Positions 39,270 through 51,162 of a stretch of DNA of 64,000 nucleotides are shown here, in pieces. The stretch is from Octopus sinensis (taxonomy: Eukaryota): positions 153,884,001-153,948,000 of the forward strand of contig NC_042997.1 in assembly GCF_006345805.1 (NCBI RefSeq). The letters run 5' to 3'. Every line of letters starts with the position of its first letter. Position 1 is the first letter of the stretch. The position numbers were made by a program, and so were the translations under genes. The notes beneath the pieces were generated by a model. That model saw nothing but the letters and a program-made list of their open reading frames with translations. It had not been told where the DNA came from and did no database searches.

Positions 39270-40515
39270 CGAGGGGCGTTCAATAAGTAATGCCCCTGAC
39301 CCACTTCCCATACCAGTAGAGCAACGGAACTTGGCACAGTTATTGGTCTTTTTCTACATAGGAACCACTCAGAGTTACGCATTTCTCCCATCGTTTGATC
39401 CAGCTCTGGAGACCGTTTTTGTAAAAGACCCCAGCTTGGTCCTCCAGCCACGACGTGACTTTAGAAATCAAGGCTGCATCATCTGGGAAATGCTTTCCTT
39501 TTAAAAACAACTTCATGGCTGGGAAGAGGTGAAAATCAGAGGGTGCAAGGTCAGGAGAGTAGGGGGTGGGGGAGGAGTTCATAGCCGCACGCCTGTGCTT
39601 CTGATCTGGTGACACGCGAGTTGTGGACCGGAGCGTTGATTTTGATAGCTTCCCTTAATTTCCTCAAAAGTGAAGCATAATAGGCTCCTGTAATTGTGGT
39701 ACCCTTTGCCAGGAAATCTGTCATCACTACTCCGTCCTGGTCCCAGAAGACTGTGAGCATGACCTTGCCAGCAGAGGACTGCACCCTTGCCTTCTTTGGA
39801 GGAGGTGAGTCACGGTGCTTCCACTGCATTGACTGGGCTTTGGTCTCTGGATCATAGTGAGGGACCCAGGTTTCATCCTGTGTAATCAGTCTTTTGAAAA
39901 AGTTTGACTCATCTTCTTGGTACGTCTCCAAATTCATCCTCGAGCACTCGACGCGTTCTTGCTTCTGGAAATGTGTGAGCAACCTGGGAATCCATCTAGC
40001 AGACACCTTTTGCATATGCAAATGGTCATGAATGATAGTTTCCACTGACCCTGTACTAATCTTGACCTCATGGGCTATTTGGCGAATAGTTATGCGTCGA
40101 TCTTCCAAAATGGCAGCCTCAACTTGACGGACAGATGCCTCATCAATGACAGAAGGGGGTCGACCAGATCTGGGAGCTGTTTCCACAGAGTTCCGACCAT
40201 GTTTGAATTCACGATGCCAGCGTTTTACAAGGTCATATGATGGGGCATCATCACCATAAGTTACTTTCATTTCATCAAAAGTCTCCCGTGGTGTGCGTCC
40301 TTTCAAATACAAAAACCGGATCACTGCTCGACACTCAACAGGCTCCATTTCACACTTGACTCAGTTCAAACACCTGTAAATCAGAAACCATAATTAGTTC
40401 AGAGCTGTAATTTGCCACCTAATCTATAGAGATATAAGTAATTGCACATGAAAAATTTAAACTAGATCAAACACCTGGAAGTGGGTCAGAGGCATTACTT
40501 ATTGAACGTCCCTCG
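39270..40515 (-). mobile_element. mariner DD34D transposon, 1246 bp, ~39-bp TIRs, TA TSD
   Basis: TIRs CGAGGGGCGTTCAATAAGTAATGCCCCTGACCCACTTCC / reverse complement with 2 differences; TA at 39268-39269 and 40516-40517. Confidence 0.95.
39340..40348 (-). pseudogene. mariner transposase, inactivated (internal deletion and frameshift)
   Basis: ORF 40348-39551 has the HTH, ARWIPRLL and ITQDETW; PYSPDLAPSDFHLF lies in the shifted frame 39615-39340; the second catalytic D region is missing (IKINAPVH). Confidence 0.92.
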
Positions 40516-40979
40516 TAAACATAAAAAGCCGGATATTGTCGTTTGGGATAGAGGGGCGAAGGTATGTACTATCATCGAGGTCAGCTGCTCTGCACATATA
40601 AATATCTCTTTGAAAACCAAAGAAAAAGAGGATATGTATGGACATCAGTTTCGAAACCTCCAGCTCTATATCCGGGTTATGAATTCATATTCATACCATT
40701 AATAGTTGGAGCACTAGGTTTTATTAGTAAATGCTTAAAAGAAAATCTGGATAAACTGGGATTTTTAGAAAGAGAAATCGACCGGCTAATTCGTACATTA
40801 CAAGTGCAGTCTGTGAGTGGAACAGTAACAATATACCAGACTTTTCTCGAATTCCAAATGTGAGTTTGTCTGTGTTAACTACATCCCAAAGATGGAGCCT
40901 TGTATCTTTGTTTGAAACCAGCTCCCTCCTCTGTGGAAGATTTATAATAATTAAAAAATAGAACACACACACACACACA

Positions 40980-41032
<53 letters not shown>

Positions 41033-41664
41033 GCACGCACGCACACACATACAAAAGGGTACGAATTGGCTTAGCTGTTCCAATTCTCTACATTCTGGAT
41101 AGAAATTTCACCGAGATCAACTTTGCCCTTCCTCATTGGTATATTTTCATATGTAATTCAGAAATAAAGCATAACAAATGTCATTAGTAATTTTTATAAC
41201 TAGCCCTGGAAATTCCTTGAATTCAGCAAGTTCTATTAACAGAGCAGTGTGGCACCATTGAGTTTTGCAGCATCACCTTCAGATTCTCGACTCATGACCA
41301 CGGCCTACCACACTGTCATAAAAGGCAATAATGTCATCATGAAAGACATTGGCATCTACACGAATATGGCTGCAAAATCAAATATTTGTAAATATGAAAG
41401 TATAAAAGTTCCGGGTTAATAATAATATAAGAAAACTTAAATAAATATTAGTGCAGCCATTCTCACTTTCATGCGCAGCCTACCTAGTCTTATGTACTAC
41501 AAACGAAGGATTAATGATTATAACCAACCCTAAACAGTAATAGCAGCTATTATAACTCTTCCAGTTAAATTAGTGTAAACATATTTAACACTGGAAACGC
41601 GCATGCGCGCGCGTGCACACATGCATGCATATACACGCATACACGCATTTATATAATCGTATGT

Positions 41665-41890
41665 TCTTCTACTTGTTTCAGTCATTTGACTGCGGTCATG
41701 CTAGAGCACCGCCTTAAAGGGTTTTAGTCGAATAAATCGATCCCAGGACTTATTTTTAATGCCAAGTAGTTATTCTATCGGTCTCTTTGCCGAACCGCTA
41801 AGTTACGAGAACGTAAACACACCAGCATCAGTTGTCAAGCGGTGATGGGTGGAGGCACAACTACAAATACAAAGACACAAACACACACAC
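41665..41890 (-). mobile_element. S4 SINE 3' portion
   Basis: CTACTTGTTTCAGTCATTTGACTGCGGTCATGCTAGAGCACCGCC. Confidence 0.75.
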
Positions 41891-41969
41891 ACACACACCC
41901 TGAGCGCCTATTAATAATAATACTGTAATTGTTCCTGTTGTTGTTGTTTTTTTGTTTCCCTTTTGGATT

Positions 41970-42031
<62 letters not shown>

Positions 42032-42034
<3 letters not shown>

Positions 42035-42324
42035 GGAGGCCCAGTGGTTAGGGCATCGGACTTGCGGTCGTAGGATCGCGGTTTCGATTCCCAGACCGGG
42101 CGTTGTGAGTGTTTATTGAGCGAAAACACCTAAAGCTCCACGAGGCTCCGGCAGGGGGTGGTGGCGATCCCTGCTGTACTCTTTCGCCACAACTTTCTCT
42201 CACTCTTTCTTCGGTTGGCCAGCTCGCTTAGCCAGCGGGGTGGCGTTATATGAAGGCTAAAACAATGCGAAGCGCATTGTGACCAGCGATGTGTAGCAAT
42301 ATATGATACCCTGGTCGGTTCATC
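42032..42324 (+). mobile_element. S3 SINE
   Basis: TGTGGAGGCCCAGTGGTTAGGGCATCGGACTTGCGG...GGTTTCGATTCCC; homologous to 6124-6428. Confidence 0.82.
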
Positions 42325-42340
42325 ATTCAAGCCCGTCATG

Positions 42341-42419
<79 letters not shown>

Positions 42420-42422
<3 letters not shown>

Positions 42423-42587
42423 GACGGGCTTCTTCCAGTTTCCGTCTACAAATCCATTCACAAGACTTTGGTCGACTCGAGGCTATACTAGAAGACACTT
42501 GCCCAAAGTGCCATGCAGTGGGACTGAACTGGGAATCATGTGGTTGGGAAGCAAGCTTCTTGCCATACAGGCAAGTCTGCGCCTATT
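42420..42587 (-). mobile_element. S4 SINE head
   Basis: GACGGGCTTCTT...GGGACTGAACTGGGAATCATG...TGCGCCTAT. Confidence 0.75.
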
Positions 42588-43083
42588 ATGATGGTAAAGA
42601 AAGAAAGTAACAATATTTGCCGATGGCTAATAATATCTTGTTTCAGGAGATTTTTCTGAACATCCAGGAGATTTTTCTGAACATATTTACAATCTTATCA
42701 GGCCACTTCAGAGGAGCAGATGTTATTTTCGCTTATTCGTATATTAATCCTTATTACATTTTTTTCTAATAAATAAATTAAATATTTAGAAAGAGTAAAC
42801 AAACAGATTCAACATAAAGAAGCGGAATTTAATTTTGTAAAATATCTCCTATTCGATAATTTCCATAGACGGATTTCCTATGCATTTTAGTTCAAAGCTC
42901 TCAAACCGGTTATTATTCTACTTCAAAACAGTTTTATTTATTTATTTATTTATTTATTTATTAGTTAGTTTGTTCGTTTGTTTATTAAATTTGAATATTT
43001 TTCAGTTTATGATTATACTAAAAAACTATGGGAACAGTTGTAGCGGAACTGCTGTTACAATATCTAACTTTGTGAAAACATAT

Positions 43084-43637
43084 ATATATTTCTTTACTGC
43101 CCACAAGGGGCTAAACATAGAGGGGACAAAGGGATTAAATCGATTACATCGACCCCAGAGCGAAACTGGTACTTTATTTATCGACCCCGAAAGGATGAAA
43201 AGCAAAGTCGACCACGCCGGAATTTGATCTCTGAATGTAAAGGCAGACAAAATACCTATTTCTTTACTACCCACAAGGGGCTAAACACAGAGAGGACAAA
43301 CAAGGACAGACAAACGGATTAAGTCGATTATATCGACCCCAGTGCGTAACTCGTACTTATTTAATCGACCCCGAAAGGATGAAAAGCAAAGTCGACCACG
43401 CCGGAATTTGATCTCTGAATGTAAAGGCAGACAAAATACCTATTTCTTTACTACCCACAAGGGGCTAAACACAGAGAGGACAAACAAGGACAGACAAACG
43501 GATTAAGTCGATTATATCAACCTCAGTGCGTAACTGGTACTTATTTAATCGACCCCGAAAGGATGAAGAGCAAAGTCGACCTCGGCGGAATTTGAACTGC
43601 AGACTGCGTGCTAACGTTTCTGCCAACTCGCCGCCTT
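43084..43637 (-). mobile_element. S1 SINE trimer with one head and a 16-bp TSD
   Basis: TSD CTTTGTGAAAACATAT at 43068-43083 and 43638-43653. Confidence 0.88.
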
Positions 43638-44330
43638 CTTTGTGAAAACATATGTTATATTATAAGGCAACAGCTACAACTGCAATGCGTACAACAGCAG
43701 CAGCACAATTATAATGATCGCTGTTGTTTTAAATGTTTTTTCACACTCGGTAGGGCGCCAAATTAAATGATTTGTAGTATTTAATGATGTCCCTGTATGT
43801 TGTGAGTTCAAATCCGGCCGAGATCGATTTTTTGCTGGTTTCGACAAAGCAAGAGCATCTTTATTACGTCACTGTATCGACCAAACTATCGAATGTTGTT
43901 ATGCATCACTGGTCACAATGCGCTTCTTTGTGTTGTTGTTAACCTTCAGATAGTGTCGTCTAGTTCAACATTACCTCCGAAAGGAATGCTAGTCCGTCAC
44001 AGGATTATCCATTTAGAACTGACTGAACTGGACCAACGAGAAATGAAGTGTTTTGCACACAAGAACACAACGCACCGCCGGACTACGAATCGAAACTGCG
44101 ATCTTGCGATTGTGGTTACTCTTCATTACATACAATATTTTAACACATAACTCCTTTATTACGTAAAATATTCACGACACAACATTATTATAACATAATC
44201 TCATTATTGTATTTTTATAGCTGACATCTACATATCTTTATTACATGTGACAATTAAATGCATCCTCCGTCAGTTTCGATGATGAATATTCCAGTTGTTC
44301 GATCAGCTAAAGTACTTAGAAATTAAATTA

Positions 44331-45198
44331 AGGCGGCGAGCTGGCAGAAAAGTTAGCATGCCGGGCGAAATGCGTAGCCGTATTTCGTCTGCCGTTACGT
44401 TCTAAGTTCAAATTCCGCCGAGGTCGACTTTACCTTTCATTCTTTCGGGCTCGATAAATTAAGTACCAGTTACGCACTGGGGGTCGATGTAATCGGCTTA
44501 ATCCGTTTGTCTGTACTTGTTTGTCCTCTCTGTGTTTAGCCCTTGTGGGTAGTAAAGAAATAGGTATGTCGTCTGTCGCTACGTTCTGAGTTCAAATTCT
44601 GCCGAGGTCGACTTTGCCTTTCATCCTTTCGGGGTCGATAAATTAAGTACCAGTTACGCAATGGGTCGATGTAATCGACACAATCCGTTTGTCTGTCCTT
44701 GTTTGTCCCCTCTGTGTTTAGCCCCTTGTGGGTAGTAAAGAAATAGGTATTTCGTCTGTCTTTACATTCTGAATTCAAATTCTGGCGCGGTTGACTTTAC
44801 TTTTCATCCTTTCGGGTCGAAAAATTAAGTACCGGTTGCGTACTGAGGTCGAGCTAATCGACTGGCCCCCCCTCCCCAAAATTTCGGGCTTTGTGCTTAG
44901 AATAGAGAAGATTAATTATAGGGCTGCGAGTTGGCAGAATCGTTAGCACGCAGGGCGAAATGCTTAGCGGTATTTCGTCTGCCGTTACGTTCTGAGTTCA
45001 AATTCCGCCGAGGTCGACTTTGCCTTTCATCCTTTCGGGGGTCGATTAAATAAGTACCAGTTACGCACTGGGGTCGATGTAATCGACTTAATCCGTTTTC
45101 TTGTCCTTGTTTGTCCCGTCTGTGTTTAGCTCCTTGTGGGTAGTAAAGAAATAGGTATTTCGTCTGCAATTACGTTCTGAGTTCAAATTCCGCCGAGA
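44331..45198 (+). mobile_element. Two adjacent S1 SINE multimers (the first ends in the alternative tail B)
   Basis: Heads at ~44331 and ~44920; repeated units joined at AAAGAAATA|GGTATTTCGTCTG. Confidence 0.82.
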
Positions 45199-45905
45199 AT
45201 AAGCGTGACAGTGACAAAGAATAGCCATTATAAATATTATATATTAGATAACATATTTGTAACGTATCGGTCTTTTTATCACATATAATTTTTTTTATTA
45301 AACAGCATCTTTCTTTATATCATAGCACTTTTATGGTTCTAGGGCAACTGATAACAGGACGCGAAATTTTTTCCTCACAAGAGTTCCAGACCCCAGTAAA
45401 GTACTCACTTGCATACAGCCAATCAGAGCTCACCGTCACCGTGTCAAGTAAACAAATGTTGGCATTCTAAATGGCGACTTCCGATTACGAGCACTCAATT
45501 TAAAGATGCTTACACTTCTTATATTTTCCTTGAATTTTTCACGGGTCCAGATAGTTATAATAAATAGATCTATAATTTACTACTAATAATATAATAATAC
45601 TCAGCGAAATTTTTTAGTAGTCACACATGTTCGTGACTTTTTTTTTTATTCTTTTCTGTTTGGTTGCCAGCGTCATATTTCGTGTAATTATACACTTTTA
45701 TAGTCTAATTAATGAAGTGAAATTAATTTTTGCTATAAATCAATAAATAAAAAGATATTAGTAACTAAAGTTTGAAAATTTTGGTAATTTTAGGCAATCG
45801 TAAGCCACAGACACATTCACGTTCTTCTCTTTTAAATTAAACATCAACACTTATTTACACGAAAGAAAATTATCGGGGACAGAACACGTATTGTTTACAA
45901 ATATT

Positions 45906-46496
45906 TATTTCTTTATTGCCCACAAGGAGCTAAACATAGAGGGGACAAACAAGGATAGACAAAGGGATTAAGTCGATTACATCGACCCCAGTACGCAAAT
46001 GGTACTTGATATATCGACCCCGAAAAGTCGGCCTCGGCGGAATTTGAACTCAGAATGTAAAGACAAACGAAATACCTATTTCTTTACTACCCACAAGGGG
46101 CTAAACACAGAGAGGACAAACAAGGACGGACAAGCAGATTAAGTCGATTACATCGACCCCAGTGCGTAGCTGGTACTTAATTTATCGACCCCGAAAGGAT
46201 GAAAGGCAAAGTCGACCTCGGTGGAATTTGAACTCAGAACGTAACAGCAGACGAAATACCTATTTCTTTACAACCCACAAGGGGCTAAACATAGAGGGGA
46301 CAAACAAGTACAGACAAACGGATTAGGTCGATTACATCGACTCCAGTGCATCACTGGTACTTAATTTATCGACCTCGAAAGGATGAAAGGTAAAGTCGAC
46401 CTCGGCGGAATTTGAACTCAGAACGCAGCGGCGGACGAAATGCCACAAAGCATTTCGTCCGGCGTGCTAACGATTCTGCCAGTTCGCCGCCTTACT
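45906..46496 (-). mobile_element. S1 SINE trimer with one head and a 15-bp TSD
   Basis: TSD TTGTTTACAAATATT at 45891-45905 and 46497-46511. Confidence 0.88.
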
Positions 46497-46678
46497 TTGT
46501 TTACAAATATTGACATGTGCTAGGCGGAGAAGTTGCTGTCTGCCAGTAGAGAAGGAAAGAGTAAGGAATGCACGGTGCTGATTAGAGCGGAAGAAAGGAT
46601 AAAGGTAGCTCTGTTCTGATTGGGTGTATGCAAATAAGTTCATTACTAGGGTCGGGAACTCTCGCGGGGAAAAAATTT

Positions 46679-47487
46679 CGGTATCAGGACAACTCATTCT
46701 CGGACAACTCATACCTGGACAAGTGACATCAGGGACAACTGATATATAGGACAATTCATAACAGTTATAAAGTGATAAAGATTTTATTTTAAATGAAATT
46801 TTGCCTGGTGTGTGTGTGTGTGTACGTGTGTGCGCATATGTGTATGTGTGTGTGTGGTGTGTGTGTGTATGTGGGTGCGTGTGTGTGTACGAGTTTGTGT
46901 GTGCGTGTGTGTGATGTGTATTTTTTTAGTGTGTGGTGTGTATGTGTGTGTGGGGGGTATATGTGTGTATTTGTGCGTGTGTACGTATGAGTGATGTGTA
47001 TTTATGTGTGTGTATGTGATGTATATGTGTGTGCGCGGTGTGTATTTGTGTGTGTGTGTGTGTATGTGGTGTGTGGTGTATTTGTATTTGTGTGTGTGGT
47101 GCGTTTGTGTGTATGTGTGTGCGTGTGTGGTGTGTATGGTGTGTATTTGTGCGTGTGTGCGTATGAGTGGTGTGTATTTATGTGTGTGCATGTGGTGTAT
47201 ATGTGTGTGTGCGGTGTGTATTTGTGTGTGTGTGTGTATGTGGTGTGTGGTGTATTTGTATTTGTGTGTGTGGTGCGTTTGTGTGTTTGTGCGTGTGTGA
47301 TGTGTGCGGTTATTTTATTCTTACTTGATTTTTTGTTTAAAATTAAATCTTTACCTCTCTATACCTGGCATGATTTGTCCTATTTATCAGTTGTCCTATA
47401 TATCAGTTGTCCTAGATATCAATTATCCAGGTATGAGTTGCTTGATACGAGTTGTCCGGGAATGAGTTGTCCTGGTGTCAGTTACCC
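46679..47487. mobile_element. MITE/foldback-like element with GGACAACT-subrepeat inverted arms around a TG-rich core
   Basis: Left arm ~46679-46790 versus the reverse complement of ~47335-47487; no TSD resolved. Confidence 0.6.
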
Positions 47488-47624
47488 TGTCACGCATCCT
47501 TATTACATAGTATTCGTCACGTAACATTTTTTGCTCTTTTTATTACATAATATTTTTATAAAGCAGATTTTATAATACAAAACATTTTTATCAAATAGTC
47601 TTTATGACTTTTTTTTATTTAATA

Positions 47625-47815
47625 ATGGTTTCCAATTTTGGCACGAGGCCAGCAATTTCGGGGTTACAGTCTATTACATCGACCCCAGTGCATAACTGGT
47701 ACTTATTTAATCAACTCCGAAAGGATGAAAGGCAAAGTGGGCCCAAGCGGAATTTGATCTCAGAACGTAAAGAGGACAAAATACCGCAAAGAATTTTGCC
47801 CGGCGTGCTAACTTT
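47625..47815 (-). mobile_element. Diverged S1 SINE with tail B
   Basis: TTTTGGCACGAGGCCAGCAATTTCGGG...GGATGAAAGGCAAAGT...CCCGGCGTGCTAAC. Confidence 0.7.
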
Positions 47816-48469
47816 TTTTTATTTGGTAATATCTTTATTGCATAGCATTTCTATTGCAAAACATTTTGAAAACATAACGTTTACACAACATCTTTCGGGC
47901 ATAACATTTTAATACTTTACTTCTATACTTTCGACCAAGCCTCCTCTTTAGAATGCGATAATTTTTACGTATATAAGTACGTATTTTCTGTCATTAACAA
48001 TCTGCTGCATCCTGTTGGCGTATATAAAACGTACACATATCAAAGCCTGTATCTTTGAGATACAGCTGAATGAGCTAATAGTGAAGAGAGAAGAGACGTT
48101 ATCCGTTGACGCTTTTCTTTGATGCTTTGACTTCAGTGTTTCTCCTTTTATGGAGGACTGCGAAGATTTAAAATAGTATAAACAAGTCATCAAGTTTAAT
48201 AATAGAGCAAAATGGTTTTAAACATTTAAAACCTTGTGCAACACCATAGCAAAGAAAGAGGTATTATATAGATGCAAAATATTTTCCCTCGTTAATAAAG
48301 ATGGAGATGGAGATGGGCAAACAATATACTATCACGTTTTGCTTTTGTTGGTGGTGGGCAGTTTGAGAACCACTGAAATTTGAGAACCACTGCTTTAAGA
48401 GTCCATTCTGTTGCAAATATTAGGTCTAATCTGATAGAGGTTGCTAACATTAGTTACAAAAAAAAAAAC

Positions 48470-48778
48470 TTGCACTCTGTCGGTTACAACGACAAGGGTT
48501 CCAGTTAATCCGATTAACGGAACAGTCTGCGCTGAAATTAACATGCAAGTGGCTGAGCACTCCACAGACATGCATACCCTTAATGTAGTTCTCAGGGAGA
48601 TTCAGTGTGGCACGTGACGTGGCAAGGGTGACCTTTTGAAATGCAGGTACTTTTGCCAGCTGAGTGAACTGGAGTACCGTAAAATAAAGTGTCTTGTTCA
48701 AGGACACGACTCTCTGCTGAGCATCGGACTCACGACTGTGAGCCGAATGTCCCTAACCACTAGGCCACGTGCCTTCAC
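48470..48778 (-). mobile_element. S2-related SINE
   Basis: Reverse complement head GTGAAGGCACGTGGCCTAGTGGTTAGGG. Confidence 0.75.
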
Positions 48779-49504
48779 AGCATTAGGCCTAACCTAATAG
48801 AGGTTGCAAGCATTAGGTCAAGTCGGAGGATTACTTCCTCCCTTGCCAGTCTTGGGTGCGGCAGGGGCTAAAAAACAGGCTGTCCTTTCTTCTCTGAGTA
48901 AGATGATAATTTAAAGAAAAATATATTATAAAAGGCTTGGAGTATTTTATTGCTATCGAAAAATGAAATGTTTTGGGTTCAACACAGAGTCAGACACAAA
49001 ATACATTGAGAGAGTGAATGCGAGAGAGAGAGAGAGAGAGAGGGGGGGGGAAGTTTCAACTACTGAAGACCTAAAATTTTTACTCGGTTTCTCCTAAACT
49101 GTATAATGTTAACATGAAGACAACTGAACATTGATTCAACTGAAAGATGAATTTCTTGGTATACATGGTGACCGTAGAAATAAAGTATCAGTTTTAATGA
49201 CGGTATCCACGAAAAAAAAAAAAAAAGCGATGGAAACGAGAATTAGTAGGGCGTCAGCCAACAAAATTGAGACCTCTTTGCGTTTTGAGATCAAATCACG
49301 AGATCAATTTTGTCAGTAACTCTTTTAAGTTCGGTAAATTAAGTACCATTCAAGTACTCGGGATTCATGCAATCGACTATATACCTCACCGAAACAACTG
49401 CGGGGCCTCGAGCCAATATTCGAATGTTATCCCATTAAAATGTTTTACTGCTGTCGTTATTGTTAATGTTGCTTGTGTTTGAGGCGGTGTTAATGATGGT
49501 TCGG

Positions 49505-49739
49505 AAGGCGGCGAGCTGGCAGAAACGTTAGCACGCCGGGCGAAATGCGTAGCCGTATTTTGTCTGCCGTTACGTTCTGAGTTCAAATTCCGCCGAGGTC
49601 GACTTTGCCTTTCATCCTTTCGGGGGTCGATAAATTAAGTACCAGTTATGCACTGAGGGTCAATATAATCGACTTAATCCGTTTGTCTGTCCTTGTTTGT
49701 CCCCTCTGTGTATAGCCCCTTGTGGGCAGTAAAGAAATG
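49505..49739 (+). mobile_element. S1 SINE, full-length monomer
   Basis: AAGGCGGCGAGCTGGCAGAA...GGGCAGTAAAGAAAT; degenerate TSD GTGTTAATGATGGTT / GTGTTGATGATAGTT. Confidence 0.88.
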
Positions 49740-50546
49740 GGTGTTGATGATAGTTGGTTGATGTTAGTAGTTGTGGTGGTGGTGGTGGTGGTAGCGGCAG
49801 TGATGGCATTGCTGATAGCGGTGGTTGTGGTGGAGACGACGACAGTGGTGTGAAAAAGAGCAGTGATCGTAGATTCCAATGCCTACCAAGTAATTTCGCT
49901 TGGCCGAGTTAAAGCAATTTATTAACTAACGACAACCGAGAGACAACGTTTGACTGCTGAATTATCCGCTCTGAGAGATTTCGAGTAACATCGCAGAATA
50001 GTCTGCAGGTTAGTCAGAGGAGATTTGCAGCGAAAGCTAAGATAAAACTTACCTTTAGTTGTCGCATGTGTTTACAAGTTATTTTGGTTGTGTGCATAGG
50101 AGTGTAATTTCGCTCCGAGCAAAACGGCGCCAATTCTCAATGACTATAAGGAAATATGTACGTAATATGGATAATTCCCGCTTTATCACAAAAAGGTTTG
50201 GTTAAATTCTACTTTTAAGATGCAATAGAAGAGCACTGACGTTCATAACGATAATAACACCAAAACAAACAACACATTGTTAACTTCCCTGTTTTTTTTT
50301 TTTTTGACGTAATATGCAATAAAATGAAGTATTTTCAGCTTCAATGAAATACAACACATAGTGCTGGTCGAAGGCATAGATACACAGGGCAGTTGCACAG
50401 GGGCAGTTGCTCAGGGGCAGTTGCTCAGGGTTAAAGAGCTCAATTCTAACCGATGCATGCAATGGCTTTCTGTAAATAAATAAATAAATACTATAGGCCC
50501 AAATGCAGTGGTTTGCCCGGAGGCCTATAATGGTGCTATGACGGCC

Positions 50547-51112
<566 letters not shown>

Positions 51113-51162
51113 ATGTGTAGAATGATCCGGTGGTGATGCTGGGCTTTGTATTTTTTTCATAG

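Larger units (their letters stand above)
38600..40958 (+). pseudogene. RLE-type LINE (R4/R2-group) C-terminus, split by the mariner insertion
   Basis: MCRLRHVSLEDITHVISSRPK (degenerate CCHC), EYWWNVPIKT..KC | KHKKPDIVVWD...TIIEVSC...KEKE and IPLIVGALG; the frame rejoins when the mariner and one TA are removed. Confidence 0.85.

Noticed and set aside
49505-49590. tRNA-like A/B boxes in SINE heads
   Set aside because: No complete cloverleaf; they continue into SINE bodies with TSDs, so they are not called as tRNA genes.
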